In this document: positions 1 to 8,129 of the stretch, piece by piece | Position numbering within the stretch: position 1 is the first letter of the stretch | Layout: every line of letters starts with the position of its first letter | Origin: a virus | Lineage: Duplodnaviria > Caudoviricetes | Reading direction: 5' to 3' (one strand) | Virus record (IMG/VR): IMGVR_UViG_3300048849_000141 | Coordinates: 1-43,177 of that record | DNA: 43,177 nucleotides | Program-made: the position numbers and the translations under genes | The notes under the pieces: generated by a model | Told to the model about the DNA's origin: nothing | The model's input: the letters and a program-made list of their open reading frames with translations, nothing else | The model's database searches: none

Positions 1-50
1 TCGATACGATTTAAAAAGCAGCAAACGGACGCGCTGTGAGGATAATTTTA

Positions 51-78
51 TTGACTCATTGCGTCATCTAAGTAGAAT
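51..78 (+). promoter_or_regulatory. sigma70 promoter of the tRNA operon
   Basis: TTGACT (51-56), 16-bp spacer, TAGAAT (73-78), GC-rich discriminator, upstream of tRNA-Gly. Confidence 0.7.
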
Positions 79-150
79 GCATCGCATCGAACGGCAGCCA
101 GGCTGCCAGAAGATAAATAAAATCAGCAGGTTCGACGAAATTGCTGAATT

Positions 151-226
<76 letters not shown>

Positions 227-266
227 GATTCGCAGGTCAGGTTAACCTGACGGCACATCAGTTTAA

Positions 267-340
267 GGCGCGTTGGCAGAGTGGCTATGCAGCGGATTGC
301 AAATCCGTGTACCTCGGTTCGACTCCGGGACGCGCCTCCA
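267..340 (+). tRNA. cysT: tRNA-Cys(GCA)
   Basis: GGCGCGT acceptor stem, GCA anticodon, TTCGACT T-loop, CCA end, 74 nt. Confidence 0.96.
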
Positions 341-350
341 GTTACACCCT

Positions 351-437
351 GCCCGGGTGGTGAAATCGGTAGACACAAGGGATTTAAAATCCCTCGGCTG
401 TAAGGCTGTGCGGGTTCAAGTCCCGCCCCGGGCACCA
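351..437 (+). tRNA. leuZ: tRNA-Leu(TAA), restored by the phage attP
   Basis: 87 nt, long variable arm, TAA anticodon, CCA end; 3' part duplicated at 41388. Confidence 0.96.
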
Positions 438-440
438 TAT
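381..440 (+). repeat. attL core (60-bp direct repeat)
   Basis: GATTTAAAATCCCTCGG...GGCACCATAT identical to 41388-41447. Confidence 0.96.
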
Positions 441-479
441 CGAATTACCAATAAAATCAATGATAAGCAGTGTCGTATG

Positions 480-504
480 ACCGCCCCTCAGAGGCGGTTT
501 TTTT
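480..504 (+). terminator. Rho-independent terminator after leuZ (phage-supplied)
   Basis: ACCGCC-loop-GGCGGT followed by a T run. Confidence 0.85.
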
Positions 505-535
505 GTGGCTAAATTAAGTTTCCTAATATCCCTTC

Positions 536-1564
536 CTAATAATTTTTCCCCTTCGCCTGTCCGCCAACTACAGGGACAACAACTATTTTCCTGTCATAAG
601 CCGCAGTCTGCTCAACGTTCTTATGTCCCGTTATAGCTCTCTTCTCGTACAAATCTCCCTCCAGATCAGAAACCCCTTTCGCCTTCAAATCATGGAATGT
701 GAAATCAAAAAGTAGCTCTGGGAATTTAAGCTTTGCCGCTTCACGGGCTGCACTCCACCGACTGTTAAACCCGTCCCGCGTGTATCCAGAACCGTTAGGC
801 TGGTGGATGATGAAAATACTGCTCATACCTGGCTTAAGTGGTAATGCAGCTGCCATTTTGATTGCTGCAGCAAACCGTGGCGACCAAGCTTTAATCTGAG
901 CCACACTGGTTTTACTCTGTTTAATCAGTATCCCTTCCTCCATGATCTGGCTCTTTTTCATTGCAAGAACATCACCCTGACGGGAGCAGGTAAGGTAAGC
1001 CAGTTCCATAGCGATTTTCACAATGTCCGGCGCACATGAATAGAGCGCCTGATATTCTGCATCAGTCACATACCGATCTCTGGACGTCTCCTTGAATTTC
1101 TTAACTCCCTTGGTCGGATTACCTTTGACCATGCCACGCTCATAGCCCCAGCGGTACATGCGAGACATAAACGCCTTTTCCCGGTTGGCCTGTACCCGGC
1201 TTTTTAATCCGCGCTTGTCCATGTACTTTCTGACATGTTCAGGCCGGATTGCATCAGAGGGCATGGCACCAAAAACAGCTAAAACATTTTTTGAATATTT
1301 GAGGTAGTCCCGCTGCGTTTCGCGTGCCAGTTCGAAAAAATCAGCCGATCTGAAAAACCGCTCAGCTAATGACGCCAGCAGCCTGTCATCAGGTATCTCG
1401 TCGATCAGCGCCTCATATGCCGACCACACTGTAGACTGAGCTGCATCCAGCGCACAGAGGCGTATAGCACCCCCGTTTTTAGGATGGAACTCATAGGCTG
1501 ACCTGCCTCGATAAACGCGAGGCGGCATCCAGGCATCTGCAGCGTTTTTACGAACGCGTGCCAT
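536..1564 (-). CDS. int: Tyrosine recombinase (phage integrase)
   Basis: 342 aa; LTCSRQGD (R), K, FHDLKAK, GH and C-terminal Y; adjacent to attL. Confidence 0.93.
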   Translation of the reverse strand: MARVRKNAADAWMPPRVYRGRSAYEFHPKNGGAIRLCALDAAQSTVWSAYEALIDEIPDDRLLASLAERFFRSADFFELARETQRDYLKYSKNVLAVFGAMPSDAIRPEHVRKYMDKRGLKSRVQANREKAFMSRMYRWGYERGMVKGNPTKGVKKFKETSRDRYVTDAEYQALYSCAPDIVKIAMELAYLTCSRQGDVLAMKKSQIMEEGILIKQSKTSVAQIKAWSPRFAAAIKMAAALPLKPGMSSIFIIHQPNGSGYTRDGFNSRWSAAREAAKLKFPELLFDFTFHDLKAKGVSDLEGDLYEKRAITGHKNVEQTAAYDRKIVVVPVVGGQAKGKNY

Positions 1565-1791
1565 TAATCTAATGCTCCAAAGTTGGGTTCATGTTGATTA
1601 GTTTCTGGGGCTTTTCTTGATGAGATGGGGTCATTGAAATGCTGCCATGTAGTTCTGGGGCGGCCATCACGGCGGACCACGAAGAATATCCCGGCCTGTT
1701 TAAGGCACTGACATTGTTTAGACGGGATTTTATATCCGGTTATTTTTTCGATATCTGTATCAGAAATAATTTCATTGCCATGCTCAGACAT
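1564..1791 (-). CDS. Excisionase-like protein (DUF4224 type)
   Basis: ITGYKIPSKQCQCL...GIFF..RRDGRP..TW signature; coupled to int; likely ATG at 1791 after GGAG. Confidence 0.75.
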   Translation of the reverse strand: MSEHGNEIISDTDIEKITGYKIPSKQCQCLKQAGIFFVVRRDGRPRTTWQHFNDPISSRKAPETNQHEPNFGALD

Positions 1792-1842
1792 AATTAATTC
1801 TCCACACATTCCTGCTGCATCAGGGTTGTAAGCCGTGACATG

Positions 1843-2190
1843 TCACGGCGTATTGATATTCAATTTCAGCTTATGCCAGCCTCTGGTGGCCCAGCACGCC
1901 GCTTCACCCTTGCAAGGGCAGGACTGCACCGGCAGCTGATCGCCACACTTACCGCATTGCTGCTGTCCCAGCGCTTCAATCTGCTGTGCCAGTTCAGCGG
2001 CATCTTTGCGAATGAGTAACGCTATGTACTCGTTCAGCTCATACGGTTCACGACCGGGGCGGCGTGCGGCGCAGTTCTGCGCCAGCATCTCCAGTTCCTG
2101 ACTATCCAGCGCCAGCTCCAGCTTTTTACCACCGGCAGCGGCCTGGCGAGCACGCTGTGCTGCTTTGCGTTCGGCGGGGGATTTAGGCAC
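1843..2190 (-). CDS. Phage protein with Arg/Ala-rich N-terminal helix and C-terminal Cys cluster
   Basis: SPAERKAAQRARQ N-terminus; CxxC...CxC...C; part of the early-left operon. Confidence 0.7.
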   Translation of the reverse strand: MPKSPAERKAAQRARQAAAGGKKLELALDSQELEMLAQNCAARRPGREPYELNEYIALLIRKDAAELAQQIEALGQQQCGKCGDQLPVQSCPCKGEAACWATRGWHKLKLNINTP

Positions 2191-2193
2191 TGA

Positions 2194-2397
2194 TCACCCC
2201 CTCAAAGCTACGACAGTTCCGGGGTCTGCGCCCACGTTCTCGCAAAGCCCGTCGGTTCCTAACCGCGCCTCGTTGACCATCGCGTTAAATTCGTGTTCGG
2301 TATGGTCATGATCCTGCCAGACGACAGCGGCATCCTGTGGCATTTTGCGCAGCTGGTTGATCAGCTGTTTCACGGTGGTTTTATGTCTCCGCATCAA
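2194..2397 (-). CDS. Hypothetical phage protein
   Basis: 67-aa ORF translationally coupled in the early-left operon. Confidence 0.6.
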   Translation of the reverse strand: MMRRHKTTVKQLINQLRKMPQDAAVVWQDHDHTEHEFNAMVNEARLGTDGLCENVGADPGTVVALRG

Positions 2398-3023
2398 TCC
2401 ACCTCCACGCGCTTAAACTCAACTACCCACACCCACGGGTTAGCCTGCCAGCTGTCATCGCCGTAGATGGATTTCCACAGGCTGCGGAAACCAAGGAAGT
2501 GCTTATCACCGATAACGCTGCATTCTGTTTTTACGCCCTCAGCTTTTGCATCCTCCTCAGTGATACTTTGCAACCGCTCCACACGAACGCCGGTAATCTC
2601 CAGCGTTATGCGGGAAGCCCAGCGCGGCATGTGGATGGATGGCGTCCACTTATCGACCACGGCTGGCTTATTGCATTTCTCAATTGGCACGCGGTGCGTC
2701 TGCTGCGTCCAGCTCTGCTGCTCACTGGCTTTATAAACCAGTGTGGCCACGTCAGTTGCCCGGCTATGTACCCGGAACGTTTCACGCACCCACAGGCGAT
2801 CACCTTTTAAACCGAACGGACAGGCAATGTGCATGTCGTCATTGCGCACCATCGTTTTGCCTGCATTAAACGGAATCCAGAAACCCGGCTTGCCAAGCTC
2901 ATCTTCTTTCGGGATAACTTCAGGCTGCTCGCGCATGATCCGGCGCGTCTGCGTCTTTCTGCCGTCGAGAACTGCACGAACCATGTCGGCGTTAAAGAGG
3001 ATGGGGCGTTCACGCATAGTCAT
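2394..3023 (-). CDS. ASCH/PUA-like domain phage protein
   Basis: ERPILF...GRKTQTRR...GDRLWVRET...PSIHMPRWASRI...NPWVWVVEF signature. Confidence 0.75.
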   Translation of the reverse strand: MTMRERPILFNADMVRAVLDGRKTQTRRIMREQPEVIPKEDELGKPGFWIPFNAGKTMVRNDDMHIACPFGLKGDRLWVRETFRVHSRATDVATLVYKASEQQSWTQQTHRVPIEKCNKPAVVDKWTPSIHMPRWASRITLEITGVRVERLQSITEEDAKAEGVKTECSVIGDKHFLGFRSLWKSIYGDDSWQANPWVWVVEFKRVEVD

Positions 3024-3748
3024 TTCCCCATACCGATTAACGCAGGGCCATTAGAGCTACCATCCACCCCATGAAAAACTTTTGCGTGCATGCCCTCCTG
3101 ATAGCCCAGGTATTTGGCATGAGAGGGTTTATCCGCATCCTTGCTGTTACGTGTCTTGGCTTTACCCGTGCCCTCATCTCTCAGTTTATCCGCGTAGGCA
3201 CTCATTTTGGCCTCCTGCTCTTCATCGATGACCAGCTCTTTTACTGCGTGATATGCACCAGAAGCCCAGCCCTCACAAAATTGGTCAGCCTGTGCCGCCT
3301 TTCGCTTCGGAGCAAGCCAACTTTCGCAATGCTCGTTAATGAAGTTTTTTCGCGCCTGCTTAATCTGGCGTGTCAGAACGTCGAAAATGTACGCAGCTGC
3401 AACATCACGGTTATCCAACCCGTAAAAACTAACGACGCGTTTGTAGCGGTAGCCAGAGGTTGCTCTCCAACCCACAAGGCATTTCACAGCGAAGGCTTTT
3501 TCGATGGTTTGAGTCAGGAAGATCATGTAACGGGGCAGCTTTTCAGCATCACTCGGAGAGCTTTTGCTATCGCTGGTGCAGATTTCAGAGAACACGACCT
3601 CTGATTCACTCAGGCCATGCTCCCGCATGAATGCCTGCGCTTTTGACATGGCACTGGCGGCTTCTGCAGGGCTGCTGGTGTTCTCAGCCAGGCGCATCAA
3701 TTTTTGGATTTTGGAGAGGTATTTCTTTTTGGCGGTTGCGTCCATCAT
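3020..3748 (-). CDS. DUF2786-domain protein
   Basis: KIQKLMRLA....EA..A..KAQ.FM..HGL N-terminus. Confidence 0.75.
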   Translation of the reverse strand: MMDATAKKKYLSKIQKLMRLAENTSSPAEAASAMSKAQAFMREHGLSESEVVFSEICTSDSKSSPSDAEKLPRYMIFLTQTIEKAFAVKCLVGWRATSGYRYKRVVSFYGLDNRDVAAAYIFDVLTRQIKQARKNFINEHCESWLAPKRKAAQADQFCEGWASGAYHAVKELVIDEEQEAKMSAYADKLRDEGTGKAKTRNSKDADKPSHAKYLGYQEGMHAKVFHGVDGSSNGPALIGMGK

Positions 3749-4161
3749 TCAGCACTCCCAACAATACATTCCAGATACAGCCCGCTGGCAATCAGACGAG
3801 CACGGCGTGCAGCTGCTTCACGATGGCGCTTAATAGCCTCTTCAGAACGGTCGTTGCTGTAGTTGATAACCATTGGCTTACATGGCGGGGGCGCAACCCG
3901 GCGCGGATTTCTCACCAGGGTGTAAGTGCGGTCAATTGATCCGCCACCGAGACAGACCTGATTGGATGCCTCAACCTGAAGTGTTTCACCACCGCGGCGC
4001 ATGATGTGAAGAACCAAACGGTTGAACTCACTGAGGGTCATACCGAGTTGCTGCGCCAGCTCCCGACCCGTTGCCGGGCCTTTGGATAACTGCCAGGCGA
4101 GCTTTTCACTGAAACCAGCATTTGGGCCATTACTGCGGCGAAATTGGGCGACCTTTTTCAT
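3745..4161 (-). CDS. Putative HTH phage protein
   Basis: GPATGRELAQQLGMT HTH-like segment; 4-bp overlaps with both neighbours. Confidence 0.65.
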   Translation of the reverse strand: MKKVAQFRRSNGPNAGFSEKLAWQLSKGPATGRELAQQLGMTLSEFNRLVLHIMRRGGETLQVEASNQVCLGGGSIDRTYTLVRNPRRVAPPPCKPMVINYSNDRSEEAIKRHREAAARRARLIASGLYLECIVGSAE

Positions 4162-4601
4162 GACACCACCTTTAGCGTTACCGTACGTGAGCGCAGCAAA
4201 TCCATTTCCATTTGGGAAATGATGTTGATCGCTTGTAAAGTTCCGGGCATCTGTTGATTACCCATAGTTGCTACAGCCCGGCGCGCCTCACCGAGTGCTT
4301 CACCGCGCAGTGTTCGAATCCACTGGTCGCAGGCTGGCGTAGCAAGTGCTGCATTCAGGTCGTCAATCAGCGTCAGGTCTGCGCCTGCAGCCTGTAGGGC
4401 TGAAATGGTGTCAGGAAGCACGCTGTTGATGCGCATAACCTCTGAAGCCATCAGATTGGCGCGAACGGTGGCAACGTCGAGACGCGACGACAGCTCAGTC
4501 ACCATCTTTGCCATTTCGATCAGAGGAGTATCCATCCCGATGTTCTTAGCGAACTGGTGGCCGGCAGCGACGACTTCTTTATTCGATTTGAAATGATGCA
4601 T
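4158..4601 (-). CDS. Hypothetical early phage protein
   Basis: 147-aa helical ORF with GAGG RBS; coupled operon. Confidence 0.65.
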   Translation of the reverse strand: MHHFKSNKEVVAAGHQFAKNIGMDTPLIEMAKMVTELSSRLDVATVRANLMASEVMRINSVLPDTISALQAAGADLTLIDDLNAALATPACDQWIRTLRGEALGEARRAVATMGNQQMPGTLQAINIISQMEMDLLRSRTVTLKVVS

Positions 4602-4611
4602 GTCATCGCCC

Positions 4612-4770
4612 TCAGTGAATGGTGATGGTGCTGTTAAGACGCTCTGCTTCGTTCTGCGCCTTAATTGGATTGGTGACTACAGAGCCCTCAGGCAATATCC
4701 AGCCGTTCAGGATATAGCTGTAAGGCAGGGTGATAATGCCTACGGTGATATGGTCGTTCGGCTTTTCCAT
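4612..4770 (-). CDS. DUF1317-like small phage protein (52 aa, not in ORF track)
   Basis: MEKPNDHITVGIITLPYSYILNGWILPEGSVVTNPIKAQ...; GGAG RBS upstream. Confidence 0.75.
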   Translation of the reverse strand: MEKPNDHITVGIITLPYSYILNGWILPEGSVVTNPIKAQNEAERLNSTITIH

Positions 4771-5130
4771 GAAACTCTCCACACACGATTTTTTGGTTGC
4801 ATGAATTCCTTGCCAGTGACGGCAATAAAATACTTTTGGGATTCGTTTAATTTGGCTGGTGGGTTACTGCAATAACCCACAGCCCGGGTACTCCACACAC
4901 TTGAAAGGTTGCTGCGGTGCCGGGTGCCTCCCGGTGCTCTGGTCAGGCTGACAAACACCAGAGCGGAAACTCTTAGACTGTGTGCAATCTTTGTCAGTCT
5001 TCCGCGTGCGCTGGCCGCATTCACCACAACGGGGAGAGCACTGCTTAATTCCAGCTATCAGGTAAAAAGGTTCTCAGGCCCGCCTGATAGCTGCCCATGC
5101 TCCAGCTATTGCAATGCTCTCACCGTTATG

Positions 5131-5182
5131 AAAAAAGGGCGGTTAAACAAACCTTCATGAGTAACCGCCAACACAGCAATTC
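5131..5182 (-). ncRNA. DicF-like hairpin/terminator RNA in the pL transcript
   Basis: Minus strand GTGTTGGCGGT...ACCGCCCTTTTTT, resembling the DicF 3' stem; next to an RNase III-type stem. Confidence 0.4.
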
Positions 5183-5189
5183 AGTACTT

Positions 5190-5339
5190 TTAAAACGCTG
5201 GTCCGCGAACCACGTCTTCAACATCACACTGCACACTCACCACACCGGCATCACCACAACAGACAACATCAGCTTCTGGGAAGAGCCTCAAAAAGGTAAT
5301 TAGGTCCCTGACCGTTGTGTTCGACATGTTCTTAATCAT
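5190..5339 (-). CDS. Small first ORF of the pL operon (49 aa)
   Basis: MIKNMSNTTVRDLITFLRLFPEADVVCCGD...GPAF; GAGG upstream. Confidence 0.5.
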   Translation of the reverse strand: MIKNMSNTTVRDLITFLRLFPEADVVCCGDAGVVSVQCDVEDVVRGPAF

Positions 5340-5452
5340 CTTCACAGTACTGCCCTCACACCACTGCAACTGCTTTAGCGAATCATCCCGAACTTCTTAC
5401 GCCTCGGGCGGCTACTTCGTGGGCGTCCTGCCTGTTCGCTGCCGATGAGTTA

Positions 5453-5523
5453 AATATACACATAATGTGATTTGTGGGTCAATCACAAAACGTGTAGATG
5501 GCATGCGAAACACAATATGTGCA
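5453..5523 (-). promoter_or_regulatory. pL promoter with three operators (OL)
   Basis: TTGACC-N18-TATATT on the minus strand; ACAC-N5-GTGAT-type sites at 5458, 5482 and 5510, the same motif as OR. Confidence 0.8.
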
Positions 5524-5617
5524 TGATTTTTCGTGTGATAAATTATTTTTCGGTGATATTTTGAGCGGCATATGATGGTGTCAGGCGGTTGTTTAATGTT
5601 TTCAGGCGGGGTTTTTC

Positions 5618-5821
5618 ATGAGCAAACAATCAGATGAGCTTTACGATGAGATGTGCAGAGTGGTCGGTGACGTGGTTTTCACGCTTCACGATTTTGGGGT
5701 TGAGTCGAAGCAGTTAGTGATAGCAGATGCACTCAGAGCAGCGCTGGCCTCGAAGAACCCCGCCCGGTCTGAGTTATTGGTTAAAGCAATGGAAGTTGCG
5801 GCGAGAGTACTGGATCGGTAG
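5618..5821 (+). CDS. Small hypothetical protein divergent from pL
   Basis: 67-aa ORF followed by a terminator. Confidence 0.6.
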   Translation: MSKQSDELYDEMCRVVGDVVFTLHDFGVESKQLVIADALRAALASKNPARSELLVKAMEVAARVLDR

Positions 5822-5825
5822 GCAT

Positions 5826-5856
5826 AAAAAAGCCCAGCCTTACAAGCTGGGCGTTT
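5826..5856. terminator. Bidirectional terminator
   Basis: A-run-GCCCAGC-loop-GCTGGGC between convergent genes. Confidence 0.7.
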
Positions 5857-5870
5857 CGCAAAAAATATTT

Positions 5871-6386
5871 TTAATGAATATGAGCTTTGCTGGCCGCCTT
5901 TGCTCCAACTCTGCTAAAGAGTTCTACCAGCCCTTCAAAGGTAGGAAGGGAAGAAATCTTGTTCAGCAAAATTGCAAACGTCAAAGCAACAACAAAGCAA
6001 ATACCAATGAAAGATAGGCAAAGAACTGAAATTAAAGGGTTTTTACTTATCATCATTTTTAAATGAACATCACAAGCTCTAGAGTAGAGTTTCTGATTAT
6101 CTCGTGGTGTCTTATCTAAGTCTAACCTTCCTTTATCAAGGAGCATGTATCCCAAGATGAAGGGAGTCATCAGAGCCATGAAAGGAAGCATGTAACATTT
6201 CCTAGACAGCTTATAATCGTTGTAAAGCGATGTCTTATCTTTGTCGGACACCTGTCCATCCGCAAAATACTGCTCTAAGAGCAATGCAGCTTCTTGTTGA
6301 TACTTGTAAGCCCTTTTACGGCAAACAATCCAGTAGGCAACTACAACAAGTGCTGAGAGGGAAGCGAGAAATACATTCATAATCAT
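5871..6386 (-). CDS. AT-rich membrane protein (about 3 TM), immunity-region moron
   Basis: Three hydrophobic segments; low GC; downstream of cI. Confidence 0.7.
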   Translation of the reverse strand: MIMNVFLASLSALVVVAYWIVCRKRAYKYQQEAALLLEQYFADGQVSDKDKTSLYNDYKLSRKCYMLPFMALMTPFILGYMLLDKGRLDLDKTPRDNQKLYSRACDVHLKMMISKNPLISVLCLSFIGICFVVALTFAILLNKISSLPTFEGLVELFSRVGAKAASKAHIH

Positions 6387-6637
6387 TTGTTTTTACTCCT
6401 CTTCTTTCTGGAGCGCTGAAAACTTTCCTTAACTTTCTTATCTGTAGACCTTTCTTTCTTAAAGATAGTTCCTAATACGAAAATTAGATAGATAACAATG
6501 ACTGGAAAGATAATGATGACAAACAGTCCAGTTACGGGGGAGTTATCATACAACACCATCCACCATATCCTAAGCTCTTTGATACTTTCCGGAAGCCCAT
6601 CAAGGTTTATGTCCCCACTAAAAAGGGAAAAGTTCAT
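6383..6637 (-). CDS. Small single-TM protein with basic tail, immunity-region moron
   Basis: GLFVIIIFPVIVIYLIFVLG followed by a K/R-rich C-terminus; 4-bp overlap with the next gene. Confidence 0.65.
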   Translation of the reverse strand: MNFSLFSGDINLDGLPESIKELRIWWMVLYDNSPVTGLFVIIIFPVIVIYLIFVLGTIFKKERSTDKKVKESFQRSRKKRSKNK

Positions 6638-7103
6638 CTAAAAATCCTGTCTAAATGTAAAAAATTTACTCTAATGTTAACAAGATGGAAATCTTGTTAT
6701 CTCCGTTTCCATGGTGAAGTTAAGTTAAAAATCAAAGAGTTTTTTGCCAGATTCTCTGAGTGGAATCTTCGCTTGCTCGAAAAAAAAGTAAGTAGCCGTC
6801 AACAGAGGAGAGATGGGCGTCAATGGTAGAATCGGAAAAACCGCAGAAAACTTTAGTTGAAAGTTCATTCCGCTACTAAGTCATTTGTTATATATGGACT
6901 CAACTTTCAATGATGCTTTGGGTAATCCTCATCGCAAGCATTTGAGAAGAGCGTCATGTCAGTTAAGATCGTCTCGTGTTTGCAGCACATGTAGTTATCA
7001 CTACTGCTTGCTAAGCGTGGCTTTCTGGAGGATATAAAAGTTGCAAGGTGATCCTCCTCACATCCATGTGCGAGATCTACGTCGTCAAAAATCTATCTTC
7101 AAA

Positions 7104-7751
7104 TCACCCGAACGTCTCTTCTGGCCACTGAGCCTTCACCACCTTACCTATGATGCGGCAGCTATGATCACAGTCCAGAATTCTATAGGACGGATTGAGC
7201 GGCACTAGGTAGCTCACTCCTGCATCCTTCTCATACTTCTTGAAAGTCACTTCAGTGTCTGCGTTCGCGGATGCCACACAGAAGTCACCCGTCTCAACAG
7301 GTTCTGCTGGGTCGATCAGGATCAGCATGCCTTCCGGGAAGCTTGGCCGAACGCCTTGAGGAGCAGTCATTGAGTGACCTTTCACTTCAAGCCAGAAGGC
7401 TTTATCACTGGCCTTCTTGGTAGTTGGAACCCATGATTTCGCGTCTCTGGATGTGAAGCTACCAACCTCAGAAAAATCACCAGCCTGGACATAAGTGAAC
7501 AGGGGGTATTCATACTGCTTAAAGACTGCATCAGCATCTTCACCAAACAGTATCTGTGCTGGAGATGTTCCTAAAGCAGACCCTAATAGAATGGCATCGT
7601 CAGAACTAACTTTCCTCGTTCCTGATTCATAATTCCCCAAACGTGACGGAGCCGCCCAGCCACATAATCTGGCAAGCTGCGCCTGACTCAATCCTTTGCT
7701 TTCTCTAAGGGCTTTGATCCTTTCCCCTATCAACTCATGCATTGTTTTCAT
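7104..7751 (-). CDS. cI: CI repressor (HTH + S24 autopeptidase), probably leaderless mRNA
   Basis: HTH_3, VQAG cleavage site, GHSM Ser and TFKK Lys; ATG 7751 lies about 7 bp after a -10-like TAAATT. Confidence 0.93.
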   Translation of the reverse strand: MKTMHELIGERIKALRESKGLSQAQLARLCGWAAPSRLGNYESGTRKVSSDDAILLGSALGTSPAQILFGEDADAVFKQYEYPLFTYVQAGDFSEVGSFTSRDAKSWVPTTKKASDKAFWLEVKGHSMTAPQGVRPSFPEGMLILIDPAEPVETGDFCVASANADTEVTFKKYEKDAGVSYLVPLNPSYRILDCDHSCRIIGKVVKAQWPEETFG

Positions 7752-7758
7752 CCCATCA

Positions 7759-7830
7759 AATTTAACACGCAGTGTGATTGCTGTATCTACACGTTTTGTC
7801 ATTGACTCTTAATCACGAATTGTGTGTAAT
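7759..7830. promoter_or_regulatory. OR operators with pR/pRM
   Basis: ACAC-N5-GT(G/C)AT at 7765, 7789 and 7812 (inverted); pR TTGACT-N17-TGTAAT. Confidence 0.82.
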
Positions 7831-7859
7831 TGCTTTGTGATTAACTTTTGGAGAAGCCA

Positions 7860-8075
7860 ATGAACACTATCGCTGAGCAAAGAAAGAAGCTCGGTATTTC
7901 CCAGTCTGTTTTGGCTGATGTTATTGGCTGGGGCCAGTCGCGCGTAGCCAATTACGAGCTAAGTATCCGTAAGCCAGGCCTTGATGAGTGCCGAATGATT
8001 GTCTTAGGACTCAACAAGCTTGGAGCTAACTGCTCTCTGGACGATGTATTCCCGCCCAGCAGAGCTAAGAAATAA
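7860..8075 (+). CDS. cro: Cro-like HTH repressor
   Basis: 71-aa HTH divergent from cI; GGAG RBS. Confidence 0.88.
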   Translation: MNTIAEQRKKLGISQSVLADVIGWGQSRVANYELSIRKPGLDECRMIVLGLNKLGANCSLDDVFPPSRAKK

Positions 8076-8129
8076 CAGATTTTAGACGTTCCACTTTCAC
8101 TCAGTAACCACAGGAAAAAGGGCTTAACC

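Noticed and set aside
4600-5303. Track ORFs 4600-4875, 4740-5027, 4909-5160 and 5097-5303
   Set aside because: No convincing RBS or family signature. The region is better explained by DUF1317, a 49-aa ORF and RNA structures.
5350-5372. TTGCAG followed by TGGTGTGAGG on the minus strand as an eighth regulon site
   Set aside because: No stem closes the TTGCAG and the box is degenerate, so it was not counted.
6640-7100. Short minus-strand ORF (MNFQLKFS...) and A8 tract in the spacer below cI
   Set aside because: About 50 codons, weak RBS; no support for a gene or for phase variation.
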